Source: Klebsiella pneumoniae
GTDB taxonomy: Bacteria; Pseudomonadota; Gammaproteobacteria; Pseudomonadales; UBA5518
Assembly (NCBI GenBank): GCA_945862145.1
Contig: CAMAXE010000003.1
Location: forward strand, 164,139 to 228,138
Reading direction: 5' to 3'
DNA length: 64,000 nt
Positions 9,493-18,838 of this stretch are shown one piece after another; within the stretch, counting starts at the first letter, position 1, and each line of letters opens with the position of its first letter. Made by a program: the position numbers and the translations under genes. The notes beneath the pieces were generated by a model. That model did no database searches. It worked only from the letters and a program-made list of their open reading frames with translations, and had not been told where the DNA came from.

Positions 9493-10668
9493 TCAGACCG
9501 GGATACGGTAGAGCTCGGCGGCGTTGTCCTGCAGCACGCGCCGCAGAACCTTGGGCTCCAGGTGTCCCATGGTCTTGCGCAAATGATCCTTGATATTCGG
9601 ATACAGGCAGGTCGGGTGCGGGAAGTCGGTTTCGAACATGATGTGCTCCACGCCGATCGACTCGATTACCGACTGCGGAGGGAGTTGCTCGAACCAGTAG
9701 CAGGCATAGATCTGGCGACGAAAGTACTCGGAGGGCTTGAGTTTCAGGTGCGCCAGTTCGTTCGGGGCCGCCTCGGTCAGCTGGTAGTCGAGCGCCTGGA
9801 GGTAAAACGGTACCCAGCCGATGCCGCTCTCGACGGACACGAATTTGCACTTCGGAAAGCGGTCGAGCATGCCACTGTAGATGAGGTTGCCTATCACGCG
9901 TGCGTTGTCGAGGTACAGGAAGGCAGAGGCCAGCGCGAGGCGGGCCTCACGCCCGAACGATGGCCACGCCGCGTGCCCCATCGCGTCAAAACCATCGGCG
10001 TTGGCGCCGATGTGGAAGTTGACCGGGATGTCCAGCGAGCTGCAGATGTCCCACAAGGGGTCCCAGTGCCTTTGCGCGAGATCAGGCATTCCGAGCGCTT
10101 CGGGGGCAAAGCACGTCACGATACCGCGCAGGCCCATCAGGTGAGTGCGCTCGACTTCCTTCACCGCTTCCGCGACGTCCCACCAGGGGATCAGTGCCTG
10201 CGGAAACAGCCGATCGCCGGAATCGCGCTGCATTTCCGCCATGGCATCGTTATAGACGGTGACGCAGAGCTTGCGCAACTTGGCGTCCTCGATCTTGAGG
10301 AAGCGGCTGTTGCCAAAACCCGCCACGTTCGGGTAGACGATCTGCGCGTGGATGCCGAGCCGATCCAGCATCGCGACACGGGCGTGGGTGTCATAGGATG
10401 ACTCGTGGACATCGTCGATGGTGAAGTTGTTGAACGCGACACCGGGAACCTTTTCCGCCTCGCTGCCCCGACGGATAACGCTGTCGGGGCCGGCGCCTCG
10501 CAGCGACACGTCGCCATTGACGAACCAGCGCTGACGACCGTCCATGACCTTTACATGTGGCACCAATTCGCGGTGGGACATCGGTACCCGGGAGGTCCAC
10601 AGATCGTGCCGCTCGGTCAGGTGCGCGTCGGTGTCGATGATTTTGATTTCGTCGAAAATGTCTGTCAC
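9493..10668 (-). CDS. Amidohydrolase-2 family protein (ACMSD-like metal-dependent hydrolase/decarboxylase)
   Basis: N-terminal IIDTDAHL and C-terminal ETDFPHP metal-ligand motifs. 391 aa. Confidence 0.85.
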   Translation of the reverse strand: MTDIFDEIKIIDTDAHLTERHDLWTSRVPMSHRELVPHVKVMDGRQRWFVNGDVSLRGAGPDSVIRRGSEAEKVPGVAFNNFTIDDVHESSYDTHARVAMLDRLGIHAQIVYPNVAGFGNSRFLKIEDAKLRKLCVTVYNDAMAEMQRDSGDRLFPQALIPWWDVAEAVKEVERTHLMGLRGIVTCFAPEALGMPDLAQRHWDPLWDICSSLDIPVNFHIGANADGFDAMGHAAWPSFGREARLALASAFLYLDNARVIGNLIYSGMLDRFPKCKFVSVESGIGWVPFYLQALDYQLTEAAPNELAHLKLKPSEYFRRQIYACYWFEQLPPQSVIESIGVEHIMFETDFPHPTCLYPNIKDHLRKTMGHLEPKVLRRVLQDNAAELYRIPV

Positions 10669-10801
10669 GGCTCACTCCTTCAGTTTAGGGAGCCATAAAG
10701 CTTCCATAAAGGTACTGTACTACGAATTTCAGCTGTGCGAAACTGGGTGCTGCAATTGATTTGTTCAATAAGTATTATTTGTAAACTTTTCGGGAGGCTG
10801 G
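10669..10801. promoter_or_regulatory. AT-rich divergent intergenic region (putative divergent promoters)
   Basis: A sharp GC dip (ttgatttgttcaataagtattatttgtaaactttt) between the divergent genes at 10668(-) and 10802(+). GGGAGG lies before the ATG at 10802. Confidence 0.5.
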
Positions 10802-12130
10802 ATGGACTGGCGTGATCTCTGTCGACACAAGCTGACCTCGGCGTCGGAAGCCTTGAAGATGGTGCGCTCGGGCGACACCGTGGCAGTGGCGACCTACCTC
10901 TCGACGCCGTTCACGCTGTGCCGAGCGCTTCTTGACCGCGCAAGGTCCGGCGAGCTCCGCAAGGTGCGGATCGAGCATCCCGCACCGTTGTTTGCCTGGG
11001 CGGAGCCCGAGGTGCGGGATGCGCTCGAGTTGCACGCCCTCTACTTGACTCCCCAGACCCGGGAGGCTTTTCTCGCCGGTGCGATGGAGTACGTGCCGGT
11101 GGGTATCTGGAAGTCCTACGAGTCCCCATGCGGGTTCAGCTCGCACCCGGACGTGTTCCTGGTCCCGGTTTCGCCGCCCGACGCCAAGGGCTACTGCAGC
11201 TTCGGCAGCGGGGTCTGGCTGTCCGGGCCGCTTGCGCGCAACGCGAAACTCGTTATCGCCGAGGTGCGGCCGGATTTCATTCGCACCTACGGCGAGAACT
11301 TCATCCATCTGGACCAGATAGACGTGCTGGTCGAGGCCGACGCGCCGGTCGAGAGCTCGCCCGCGCCTCCTCCGCCCAGTGAGGAAGAGGTCGCCTCCGT
11401 GGAGGTCATCTGCTCTCTCGTCGCTTCGGAGCTCGTGAAGGATCGTGACACGCTGCAGATCGGCGTCGGTACCGCGTCCTCGCCGCTCGGCCTGTATCTG
11501 CACGGCAAGCACGATCTGGGCATTCACACCGAAGTGCTCACGGGCGGCATCGTGGACCTGGTGAAGCAGGGCGTGGTGACGGGCAGGTACAAGGCGGTGC
11601 ATCCGTTCAAGGTGGTGGCTACTGGCATCGCGGCGCTTTCGCGCGAGGAACTCGCCGAGATCCACGAGAACCCGATCTTCGAACTCTACGACTTCGGCTA
11701 CGTCGACGACCTGCGCCGCGTGATCCAGATGGAGAACTTCGTGGCGGTTAACAACGCGCTGCTTGTCGATCTGACGGGGCAGGTGGCTGCAGAATCGCTC
11801 GACCACCGTATGTACTCGGGTGTCGGCGGCCAGTCGGTGTTCATGATTGCGGGAGCGTATTCGCAGGGCGGCAGGTCCGTGAGCGTGCTCCCCTCGAGCT
11901 CGATCCCGCGTGCCACCGGTCAGCGGGTATCGCGGATCGTGCCGGTACTGCCCCCCGGTTGTGGCGTCACGGTACCGCGCACTTTTGTCGATTACGTGGT
12001 CACCGAGTACGGCATCGCGACCTTGCGTGGCAAGTCGCTACGGGAACGTGCGAGGGAGATGGTGGCCGTGTCGCATCCGGACATGCGGGCTGAACTCGCA
12101 AAACAGGCGGCTGCCTTGTACTGTGCATGA
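10802..12130 (+). CDS. Acetyl-CoA hydrolase/transferase family protein (4-hydroxybutyrate CoA-transferase-like)
   Basis: 442 aa. N-terminus ALKMVRSGDTVAV, a GGQSVF motif and overall family architecture. Confidence 0.85.
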   Translation: MDWRDLCRHKLTSASEALKMVRSGDTVAVATYLSTPFTLCRALLDRARSGELRKVRIEHPAPLFAWAEPEVRDALELHALYLTPQTREAFLAGAMEYVPVGIWKSYESPCGFSSHPDVFLVPVSPPDAKGYCSFGSGVWLSGPLARNAKLVIAEVRPDFIRTYGENFIHLDQIDVLVEADAPVESSPAPPPPSEEEVASVEVICSLVASELVKDRDTLQIGVGTASSPLGLYLHGKHDLGIHTEVLTGGIVDLVKQGVVTGRYKAVHPFKVVATGIAALSREELAEIHENPIFELYDFGYVDDLRRVIQMENFVAVNNALLVDLTGQVAAESLDHRMYSGVGGQSVFMIAGAYSQGGRSVSVLPSSSIPRATGQRVSRIVPVLPPGCGVTVPRTFVDYVVTEYGIATLRGKSLRERAREMVAVSHPDMRAELAKQAAALYCA

Positions 12131-12172
12131 GTGACGCGGCGACGCGCGCCTCGCCGCTGCATGCGGGCTTCG

Positions 12173-13240
12173 TTACAGCCTCGGAATCACCCGCTGGCCG
12201 AACTCCTCGATCAGTTCGCGTGCGTCGGTTCCTGCTGCCTGCAACGCGAGATTGCGCACGCCTGCCGCCTCCAGCCTGCGAACGCGTTCCACGATCTGAT
12301 CGGCCGTGCCGACCATCGTCCTCGCGATGCCGCGTTCATCGACGAAGGCGTCTTCACCTGGCTTCAAATAGACCAGGTGACCTTCATGCACGTCGAGGTA
12401 GCGCCGATCCTCCGGAGAGCCGATCGTGGCCGCGTAGCCGTCGATGTACTCGGCGTAGCGCTGGGCCAGATCCTCGTCTTTCAGGCCCAAACCGGCCCCG
12501 CCGGTAGCAGACTCCCATGCCGCGTGCGCCCGAGCGGCGACAGCCGGGCCGAGGCGCCGGACGACGCGCTCCGACATGAGACTCTCGCCATCGCCCAGCA
12601 CGCAGGCAGGCGCCAATAGAGTCGCGTATGGACGGCTGCCGCCTCCGCGGGCCTCTGTGATGGTGCGAAAGCCCGCTTCTATCGAATCCGGACGCTGGAC
12701 AAGCGTTATCCAGCCATCTGCGTGGTCGGCAACGACGCGCAACGCACGGGGGCCGTTCGCGGCGATATGGATTTCGATCGGGTCATCGAGATTGACGAAT
12801 CCGCGAGCGCGGTCGCGGTGCAGTAGCCGGATCCAGCGTTCGGCATCACCCTCCCGAAACAGTACGTCCTCGCCGGCCAGCAGCCCGCGCACCTGCTGCA
12901 CGTACGTCGCAAGCACACTGACGGGAACCGGGTGCAACCCCATGGTGTTGCGCGCGGTGCCGCCCGTGCCGATCCCGAGGATGACGCGGCCGGGTGCGAT
13001 GGCATTGATTGTCGCGAGCGCCGAGGCTGTCACCGGCGCGATGCGGTTGGACGGCACCGCCACGAGCGTGCCGAGCTTCAGTGTGCGAGTGTGTTCCGCG
13101 ACGAGCGCCATGCACGCGTAAACGTCCCCGTAGAGGAGTTGCGAGTCATAGAACCAGGCGTGGGTGAATCCGTTGGCTTCCGCGATCTGAGCGTCGCGCC
13201 AGGCGTTCGGGTGAGGTGGGAAGGTGATCCCGAAATCCAT
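12173..13240 (-). CDS. LLM-class (luciferase-like) flavin/F420-dependent oxidoreductase
   Basis: MDFGITFPP...AEANGFTHAWFYDSQLLYGDVYACMAL is a typical LLM N-terminus. 355 aa. Confidence 0.85.
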   Translation of the reverse strand: MDFGITFPPHPNAWRDAQIAEANGFTHAWFYDSQLLYGDVYACMALVAEHTRTLKLGTLVAVPSNRIAPVTASALATINAIAPGRVILGIGTGGTARNTMGLHPVPVSVLATYVQQVRGLLAGEDVLFREGDAERWIRLLHRDRARGFVNLDDPIEIHIAANGPRALRVVADHADGWITLVQRPDSIEAGFRTITEARGGGSRPYATLLAPACVLGDGESLMSERVVRRLGPAVAARAHAAWESATGGAGLGLKDEDLAQRYAEYIDGYAATIGSPEDRRYLDVHEGHLVYLKPGEDAFVDERGIARTMVGTADQIVERVRRLEAAGVRNLALQAAGTDARELIEEFGQRVIPRL

Positions 13241-13362
13241 GTGTCCTCCGTATTCTCTGTGGCAGGTCGGAACCCCACGAACTGCGCTCGGTCCCCGCTG
13301 GAAACCTATGTTCCGCGGGGTGTGGCTCCGCGGTCGACTCCGGCGTCAACCGTGCCGCATCT

Positions 13363-13704
13363 TCAGAGCGCCGTGGCAAACTTCGCTTCGATCCGCAGGT
13401 AATGCTGTCTGCCAGGGTGTTGCGTCGAGATGGCGCTCCAATCCTCGGAATCCGGGCCGAAGACTGCGCTCATGACGCGGGTGCGTGTGCTTAGGTCCTC
13501 CCAGCGAATGATCCAGGTGATGTTCGCCGACCCGAGCTCGTCGAGCGGCCTTCCGGTCACCTGTGACGGGATATCCGTACTGATCCAGAAGTCTACGAGG
13601 TCGAGATGCCGCCGGATGTAGGGCAGGGCCAGTGTCGACGCCCACTCCGCGTAACGGTCGATGACGGACGGCTCGACGTGGTAATTGCGGATCTCGTAGA
13701 TCAT
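13363..13704 (-). CDS. NIPSNAP-like small alpha+beta protein
   Basis: Internal start MIYEIRNYHVEPS of ORF 13363..13785. The pattern of a ~110-aa NIPSNAP domain. Confidence 0.6.
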   Translation of the reverse strand: MIYEIRNYHVEPSVIDRYAEWASTLALPYIRRHLDLVDFWISTDIPSQVTGRPLDELGSANITWIIRWEDLSTRTRVMSAVFGPDSEDWSAISTQHPGRQHYLRIEAKFATAL

Positions 13705-13747
13705 GCGTTTCCCCTCTCCGCTCTGAGGCCCGTGCCTGCTCTGACGG

Positions 13748-15367
13748 CTACCCGAAGCTGAGCCCGTCGTAATCCCGGGCCGCAATCTCGGCGCATTTCT
13801 TCCGGTAAAGCGGCACGCCTCCTGCGTAGAACAGGAAGGATTCAGGTTTGCCGGGGATGTTGTTGCCGAAGAACCAGCTGCTGACGTCCGAGCGCAGCAT
13901 CTTGCCCGTCAGCGAGCGCGCGTGTTCGCACCATGCCTCCTGGGCCTCCGCCGTGGCCTCGATGCGCTCGAATCCGTGGCTTCGCATGTACCCGATGCAG
14001 CCGCTGACGAACGCGCCGGTGATCTCCGCGCAGCGGGGGAAGTTGGAGAAGACGGAACCGCCGCCGATGAACAGGTTCGGGAATCCCGCGGGCATGATGC
14101 CGAGGTGGGCGACAGGCCCTTGGGCCCAGCGATCCTTGAGCGTCGCCCCGCCCGGTCCGCGTATATCCATGCGGTCGAACTCACCGGTCACGGCATCGAA
14201 ACCCGTCGCGAAGATCAGAACGTCGAGTTCGTACTCCGCGCTCGCGGTTCGCAACCCCTTCGGCGTGATGCACTCGATCGGACTTTCCTTGACGTCGACC
14301 AGCAGCACGTTGTCCCGGTTGAACACCTCGTAGTAGTTTGTCTCGAGCGGCGGGCGCTTGGCGCCGAAGTGATACGTCGGACAAAGCTTGTCTGCGATGG
14401 CCGGATCCTTGACGCGTTCCCGGATCTTCTTGCGGATGAACTCGCAGAAGAGCTCGTTGGCTTCCCTGTTGACCATCAGGTCCTTGAAGTTGCCGAACCA
14501 CTTGCGGAAGCCGGGTTGCATCCAGACTTCCTCCCAGAACGCCTCGCGCTCCTGCGGTGTGACGTCGAAGGTCGCACGCGGATCCGGTTCGTGCGGGAAA
14601 CCCGTGAATGTCTGCCAGCACTTCTCGAACATTGCCGGGTAGCTGGCCTTGATGTCGTTCATCCTGCGGTCGTCGATGGGCGCATTGCGAAGCGGCATGC
14701 AGTAGTTCGGCGTGCGCTGGAACACTGTGAGCTGTGCGCACTGGTCCGCGATGCTGGAGACGATCTGGACGCCCGTGGAGCCCGTACCGATCACGCCGAC
14801 CCGCTTCCCCGCGAAATCGACGCCTTCGCGGGGCCAGCGCGCGGTGTGAAAGCACTGGCCCTGGAAGCTTTTGATCCCGGGGATGTCGGGCAGGTGCGTG
14901 GCCGAGAGGATGCCGACCGCGGTGATCAGGATTCGGGTGCTGGCGCGCCGGCCGTCTTCCGTTTCGACCTGCCAGCGATTGGATGCTTCGTCGTATCTGG
15001 CGGACGTCACGCGCGCACCGAAGTGGATGTGCGGCCGCAACCCGAAACGATCGGTCACGTAGTTGAGATAGTGCTCGATCTCCTGCGCCGGGGCGAACTC
15101 GGCGGACCAGTTCCATTCCTGCAGCAGCTCTGCGGAGAACGAATAGGCATACGCCCAGCTCTCCGAATCCAGGACTGCCCCGGGGTAGTGGTTCCAGTAC
15201 CACGTGCCTCCCACGCCCTCGCCTGCCTCGTAGATGCGCGCGTCGATACCCAGTTGCCGCAGGCAGTGGAGTTGGTATAGCCCGCTTACCCCAGCGCCGA
15301 TGATCAGCGCATCGAGTTGCTCATCGACGTTGCTCGGGTCGTTCGCGTGCTCGGGTCGTTGTGTCAT
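13748..15367 (-). CDS. Baeyer-Villiger (type I flavin) monooxygenase
   Basis: FAD motif IIGAGVSG. BVMO fingerprint FQGQCFHTARWP (FxGxxxHxxxWP). Second Rossmann motif GVIGTGSTG. The start was taken at MTQRPEH (in-frame arithmetic from ORF 13748..15544). Confidence 0.9.
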   Translation of the reverse strand: MTQRPEHANDPSNVDEQLDALIIGAGVSGLYQLHCLRQLGIDARIYEAGEGVGGTWYWNHYPGAVLDSESWAYAYSFSAELLQEWNWSAEFAPAQEIEHYLNYVTDRFGLRPHIHFGARVTSARYDEASNRWQVETEDGRRASTRILITAVGILSATHLPDIPGIKSFQGQCFHTARWPREGVDFAGKRVGVIGTGSTGVQIVSSIADQCAQLTVFQRTPNYCMPLRNAPIDDRRMNDIKASYPAMFEKCWQTFTGFPHEPDPRATFDVTPQEREAFWEEVWMQPGFRKWFGNFKDLMVNREANELFCEFIRKKIRERVKDPAIADKLCPTYHFGAKRPPLETNYYEVFNRDNVLLVDVKESPIECITPKGLRTASAEYELDVLIFATGFDAVTGEFDRMDIRGPGGATLKDRWAQGPVAHLGIMPAGFPNLFIGGGSVFSNFPRCAEITGAFVSGCIGYMRSHGFERIEATAEAQEAWCEHARSLTGKMLRSDVSSWFFGNNIPGKPESFLFYAGGVPLYRKKCAEIAARDYDGLSFG

Positions 15368-15461
15368 CTGCGTCTTCCTGCTTGTCCGGTCATCGACGGG
15401 TCCGTGGCCGGGTCCCGCCGCGTGACGGCAGGCGCAGTGCGCGCAACTCCTGCTCCACACA

Positions 15462-16178
15462 TCAGCTATGGTCCGGGCGGTAGGGTTTGGGGTGCCACAC
15501 GATGGAACCGCGGGCGCCTGCATCGGTTGCAACGGGGCGGGCATCGACGCGGGTCTCGGTCAGGCGTTCAGTGTCCTCGCTCCTCTGGGGCTCGACGGCG
15601 TCGGTAATGCTTTCTGCCACCGCATCCTGCGTCGCCTGGCGCTTGGGACTCTCCTGGTTCGACCCGTCAGTGAAATTCACCGCCCAGGCGCCATCCTCGC
15701 GCACCGTCAGTCGTAGGTCGTAACGGGCGCCCACGTCCGTCGCCTGATTCCGCTGGATGAGGTACGAAACAGCCTCGAAAACGGTGGCAGGATCCGCACC
15801 CAGATCGGGGCCGAACCGGGGCAATGCGTGTTGCAGCCACCAAAGGGCCATCTCGCGCACGATCGGCTCTACGCTCTTCCCGAAATCCGTCAGCGTGTAA
15901 CGGGCGCGATTCCCGAAAGGAACCTTTTCGACGAAGCCGTGCGAGATCAATTCCGAAAGCCGGACGCTCAGAAGCCGCGGCGTGATGCCTGTGCGGTCGC
16001 GCAGTTCCTGGAAGCCGTGCTGATCGGTCAGCAAGTGCCGGATCAGGATCAATGTCCAACGGGCACCGAGAAGGTCAATCGCATGTTCGAGCGGCCGAAG
16101 ACTGGACGCCTTGTTCGCCGACTCATCACCGAGTGTTTCTTTGCTGGGCGACATTGCTGTGGATTTTGCGGATGCCAT
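15462..16178 (-). CDS. HxlR-family winged-helix transcriptional regulator with a long C-terminal extension
   Basis: LLGARWTLILIRHLL..GFQELRDRTGITPRLLSVRLSELISHGFVEK. At 238 aa it is about twice the usual HxlR length. Divergent from the mau-type cluster. Confidence 0.82.
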   Translation of the reverse strand: MASAKSTAMSPSKETLGDESANKASSLRPLEHAIDLLGARWTLILIRHLLTDQHGFQELRDRTGITPRLLSVRLSELISHGFVEKVPFGNRARYTLTDFGKSVEPIVREMALWWLQHALPRFGPDLGADPATVFEAVSYLIQRNQATDVGARYDLRLTVREDGAWAVNFTDGSNQESPKRQATQDAVAESITDAVEPQRSEDTERLTETRVDARPVATDAGARGSIVWHPKPYRPDHS

Positions 16179-16420
16179 GGGTGTCTGCTGCCTAGGGTGT
16201 GAAGTTGATATATAAAAACAATCAAGTCAACAAGAATTTTATTGAAGTATTTAAAGTGTAGTGTAATATTGCTTCATCGGTATTGTTTGCGTAGACTACC
16301 AAAAAATGTCGGGCAAAAGAGGCTCGCTCGGCACAGGGGCATGGCGCTACGGGGTTCAGCTCGTCAGGAGCGTAGTGCCCCGGGGGCGGTGAACAGCAGG
16401 CTGGGGACGGGAGAATCCAT
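16179..16420. promoter_or_regulatory. AT-rich divergent control region between hxlR-like and mauB-like genes
   Basis: GC dip (gttgatatataaaaacaatcaagtcaacaagaattttattgaagtatttaaagtg) with GTTGA..TCAAC inverted ends. There is an imperfect hairpin at ~16336-16383, and GGGAGAA lies before the ATG at 16421. Confidence 0.5.
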
Positions 16421-17824
16421 ATGGTCGGGAAATCTGTCGCGAGCGCTGCCGGCGTCGATGCCAGTGGCGCCAAGCTCGATCGGCGCAGCGCCAGATGGGC
16501 TGCGCTTTGCCGGTGGTGCGTGCGCCATGCCCGTTCATGGCGCACGGCAGCGTGGCAGCTTCTGTTCATTGCCACGGTCGGCGTAGGCGGCTGGCCAGCG
16601 CTGTCGCAGGCAGAGCTCACCGCGGAGCCGCTCGGCCAGGTAAAGGCACTCGGTCCGCCGTCCCCGCACTGGATCCTGTACTTCCTGTTCGACGGCAGCC
16701 CCGAGGTCAGCAAGTACGTGCTCTTCGATGCCGACACGCTGGAGTATAAGGCGTGGATCTCGACCGGCTACATTCCCTCGCTTGTGCAGTCACCCGACGG
16801 GCGCGCGCTCTACGTCGCCGACACCTACATGGACGGCCCGGAGCGGTTGCGAAGGGACGTCATCAGCTTCTACGACACGCACGATTATAGCTTCAGCGGC
16901 AAGATAGAGATGCCGGAGAATCACCGGGCGATGCTGGGCTCGCAGTTCCGCACGGGGCTCGTACATGACGGCCGTTTCTTGCTCTCCCTGAAGTTCAAGC
17001 CTGGCTCCGGGATCAGTGTCATCGACACCTCCGAGCGGCGGATTGTCGGCGAAGTGGACACGCCAGGCTGCACGCTGATGTATCCGACGGGCAAGCGCGG
17101 TGTCTCGATGATCTGTGGCAATGCCAGCTTGCTGACGATCCAATTCGATGACAAGGGGCATGTCGCGTCGCAGACCCGCAGCGAGCCGTTCTTCGATCCC
17201 GATGCCGATCCCGTGATGGAGAACGCCGCGGCGATCGGTGGCACGTGGTACTTTTTGAGCTACGCCGGCAATGTTCATGTGGTGGACCTTTCCGGTGACC
17301 TGCCGCAGTTCCGCGGAAACTGGCCGCTCTCGGCGGGAAGCGGGAAGCGGGAGGGAGGCGGCGCGGGAGCGGGCTCGGCAACGTCCACGCGGGATACCGG
17401 CGCCGAAGACGGCGCGTGGCGGCCCGGCGGCGTGCAGTACATCGCGACGCACGCCGCGCGCGGGGAGCTGTACGTGCTGATGCATCCGGTGGCCATGAGC
17501 GGGGAGTATGGTCACACCTTTCCTGGCACGGAGGTCTGGGTGTTCGATGCCGCTGAGAAAAGCCTGAAGCGGCGGATCCCACTCAAAGAGATGGCGAACA
17601 CGGTGTTCGTGACCGCCGATGCAAAACCGCTCATGATCACCAGTGGTATCAGCCTGCTGCACGGCGACAGGGACGCCAAGATTCCTCCGGCGCAGCAAGT
17701 CATCGCGCCGGTCTCGAACATCCACGTCTACGATGCAGCGACGGGTGGATTCTTGCGCGAGGCCAAGGAACTGGGAATGACCTACTACTTCGATACCGCA
17801 CCAGGGGCCGGAGGGACTCGATGA
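16421..17824 (+). CDS. mauB: Methylamine/aromatic-amine dehydrogenase heavy-chain homolog (7-bladed propeller)
   Basis: Colinear similarity to MADH heavy chains (YVADTYM..RRDVISFYD; GAWRPGGVQYIATH..GELYVLMH; EVWVFDAAEKSLKRRIPL; IHVYDAATG). Long basic N-terminal leader with a hydrophobic core ending ALSQA. Confidence 0.88.
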   Translation: MVGKSVASAAGVDASGAKLDRRSARWAALCRWCVRHARSWRTAAWQLLFIATVGVGGWPALSQAELTAEPLGQVKALGPPSPHWILYFLFDGSPEVSKYVLFDADTLEYKAWISTGYIPSLVQSPDGRALYVADTYMDGPERLRRDVISFYDTHDYSFSGKIEMPENHRAMLGSQFRTGLVHDGRFLLSLKFKPGSGISVIDTSERRIVGEVDTPGCTLMYPTGKRGVSMICGNASLLTIQFDDKGHVASQTRSEPFFDPDADPVMENAAAIGGTWYFLSYAGNVHVVDLSGDLPQFRGNWPLSAGSGKREGGGAGAGSATSTRDTGAEDGAWRPGGVQYIATHAARGELYVLMHPVAMSGEYGHTFPGTEVWVFDAAEKSLKRRIPLKEMANTVFVTADAKPLMITSGISLLHGDRDAKIPPAQQVIAPVSNIHVYDAATGGFLREAKELGMTYYFDTAPGAGGTR

Positions 17825-18348
17825 AGCATTTGCTGGATAATTGGACCGATCGTGTTACACGCGACATCGCGCGCCGTAGTTCGCGCCGTGCATTCCTGTC
17901 CCGGCTGGGCGTGTGGCTGGTAGGTGGCGCCGCCGCGCCGTTGCTGCTTCCCGTGGCCCGCGTTTATGCGAGTGCCGATGACGTGAAGCCTGCCGAGATC
18001 GGGGACCCCCTCAGCTGTGATTACTGGCGTTACTGCGCGCAGGGAGGACCGCTCTGCGGATGTTGCGGCGGCTCCTACAACCAGTGTCCGCCCGGGACCG
18101 AGCAGTCCAAGATGGCGTGGATTGGCACGTGTCTGAATCCGGCCGATAACAAGCACTACCTGATCGCCTACTACGATTGTTGCGGCAAGTCTGTCTGCCA
18201 GCATTGCACGTGCTTCCGCTTCGAGCGAGAGCAGCCGGTTTACCGTACAGGGCAGGCCAACGACGTCCACTGGTGCCAGGCGAACTCCAGCCCCGCGGTG
18301 GCGTGCACGCTGGCGATAGTGCTCGGGCCTGCGGAAAATGCGTCGTAA
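17821..18348 (+). CDS. mauA: TTQ-type amine dehydrogenase light-chain homolog
   Basis: Twin-Arg leader RRSSRRAFLSRLG. CDYWRYC..CPPGT..MAWIGTC..YLIAYYDCCG..PVYR..NDVHWC is colinear with Paracoccus MauA, and the two TTQ Trp are 51 residues apart. ATGA overlap with mauB. Confidence 0.9.
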   Translation: MKHLLDNWTDRVTRDIARRSSRRAFLSRLGVWLVGGAAAPLLLPVARVYASADDVKPAEIGDPLSCDYWRYCAQGGPLCGCCGGSYNQCPPGTEQSKMAWIGTCLNPADNKHYLIAYYDCCGKSVCQHCTCFRFEREQPVYRTGQANDVHWCQANSSPAVACTLAIVLGPAENAS

Positions 18349-18838
18349 AGCATTTGCCTTTGGCGTCGCGATGATCGTCGCGCTGCATGGTGCCGCGGCG
18401 CATTCCGATGCACGATACAACGCGAAGACGAACTACATCCTGCACTGTCAGGGTTGTCATGGCGTCGACGGCATCGGCGCGCTCCCCGAAAAGGTGCCTC
18501 CGCTCGCCGATTCGATAGGCTATTTTCTCCACGTTCCGGAGGGTCGCCGGTACCTGGTCCAGGTGCCGGGGGCCGCGTACGCGGCCGTCGACGACGAGGC
18601 ACTCGCGGAAGTCCTGAATTACGTGCTGCTGCGCTTCAGCGCAGCACAGCTCCCGGCCACCTTCCGGCCCTACTCGGCCGATGAGGTCGCCCGTGTGCGA
18701 CGCTCGCCCGAGGACATCGTCTCGCTGCGCGCCCGGCTGGCCGCGGAGCTCCGGGAGAAGCAGGGGATTTGCGTCTGGGCGGGAGACGGCGCGGCGTGGG
18801 GGTCAGGGTGCGGAGAAGCATATGGACTTGTCGATTGA
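18338..18838 (+). CDS. Mono-haem c-type cytochrome
   Basis: Signal peptide plus a single CQGCH haem-binding motif. Overlaps the mauA stop by 11 nt and the mauE start by 17 nt. Confidence 0.8.
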   Translation: MRRKAFAFGVAMIVALHGAAAHSDARYNAKTNYILHCQGCHGVDGIGALPEKVPPLADSIGYFLHVPEGRRYLVQVPGAAYAAVDDEALAEVLNYVLLRFSAAQLPATFRPYSADEVARVRRSPEDIVSLRARLAAELREKQGICVWAGDGAAWGSGCGEAYGLVD

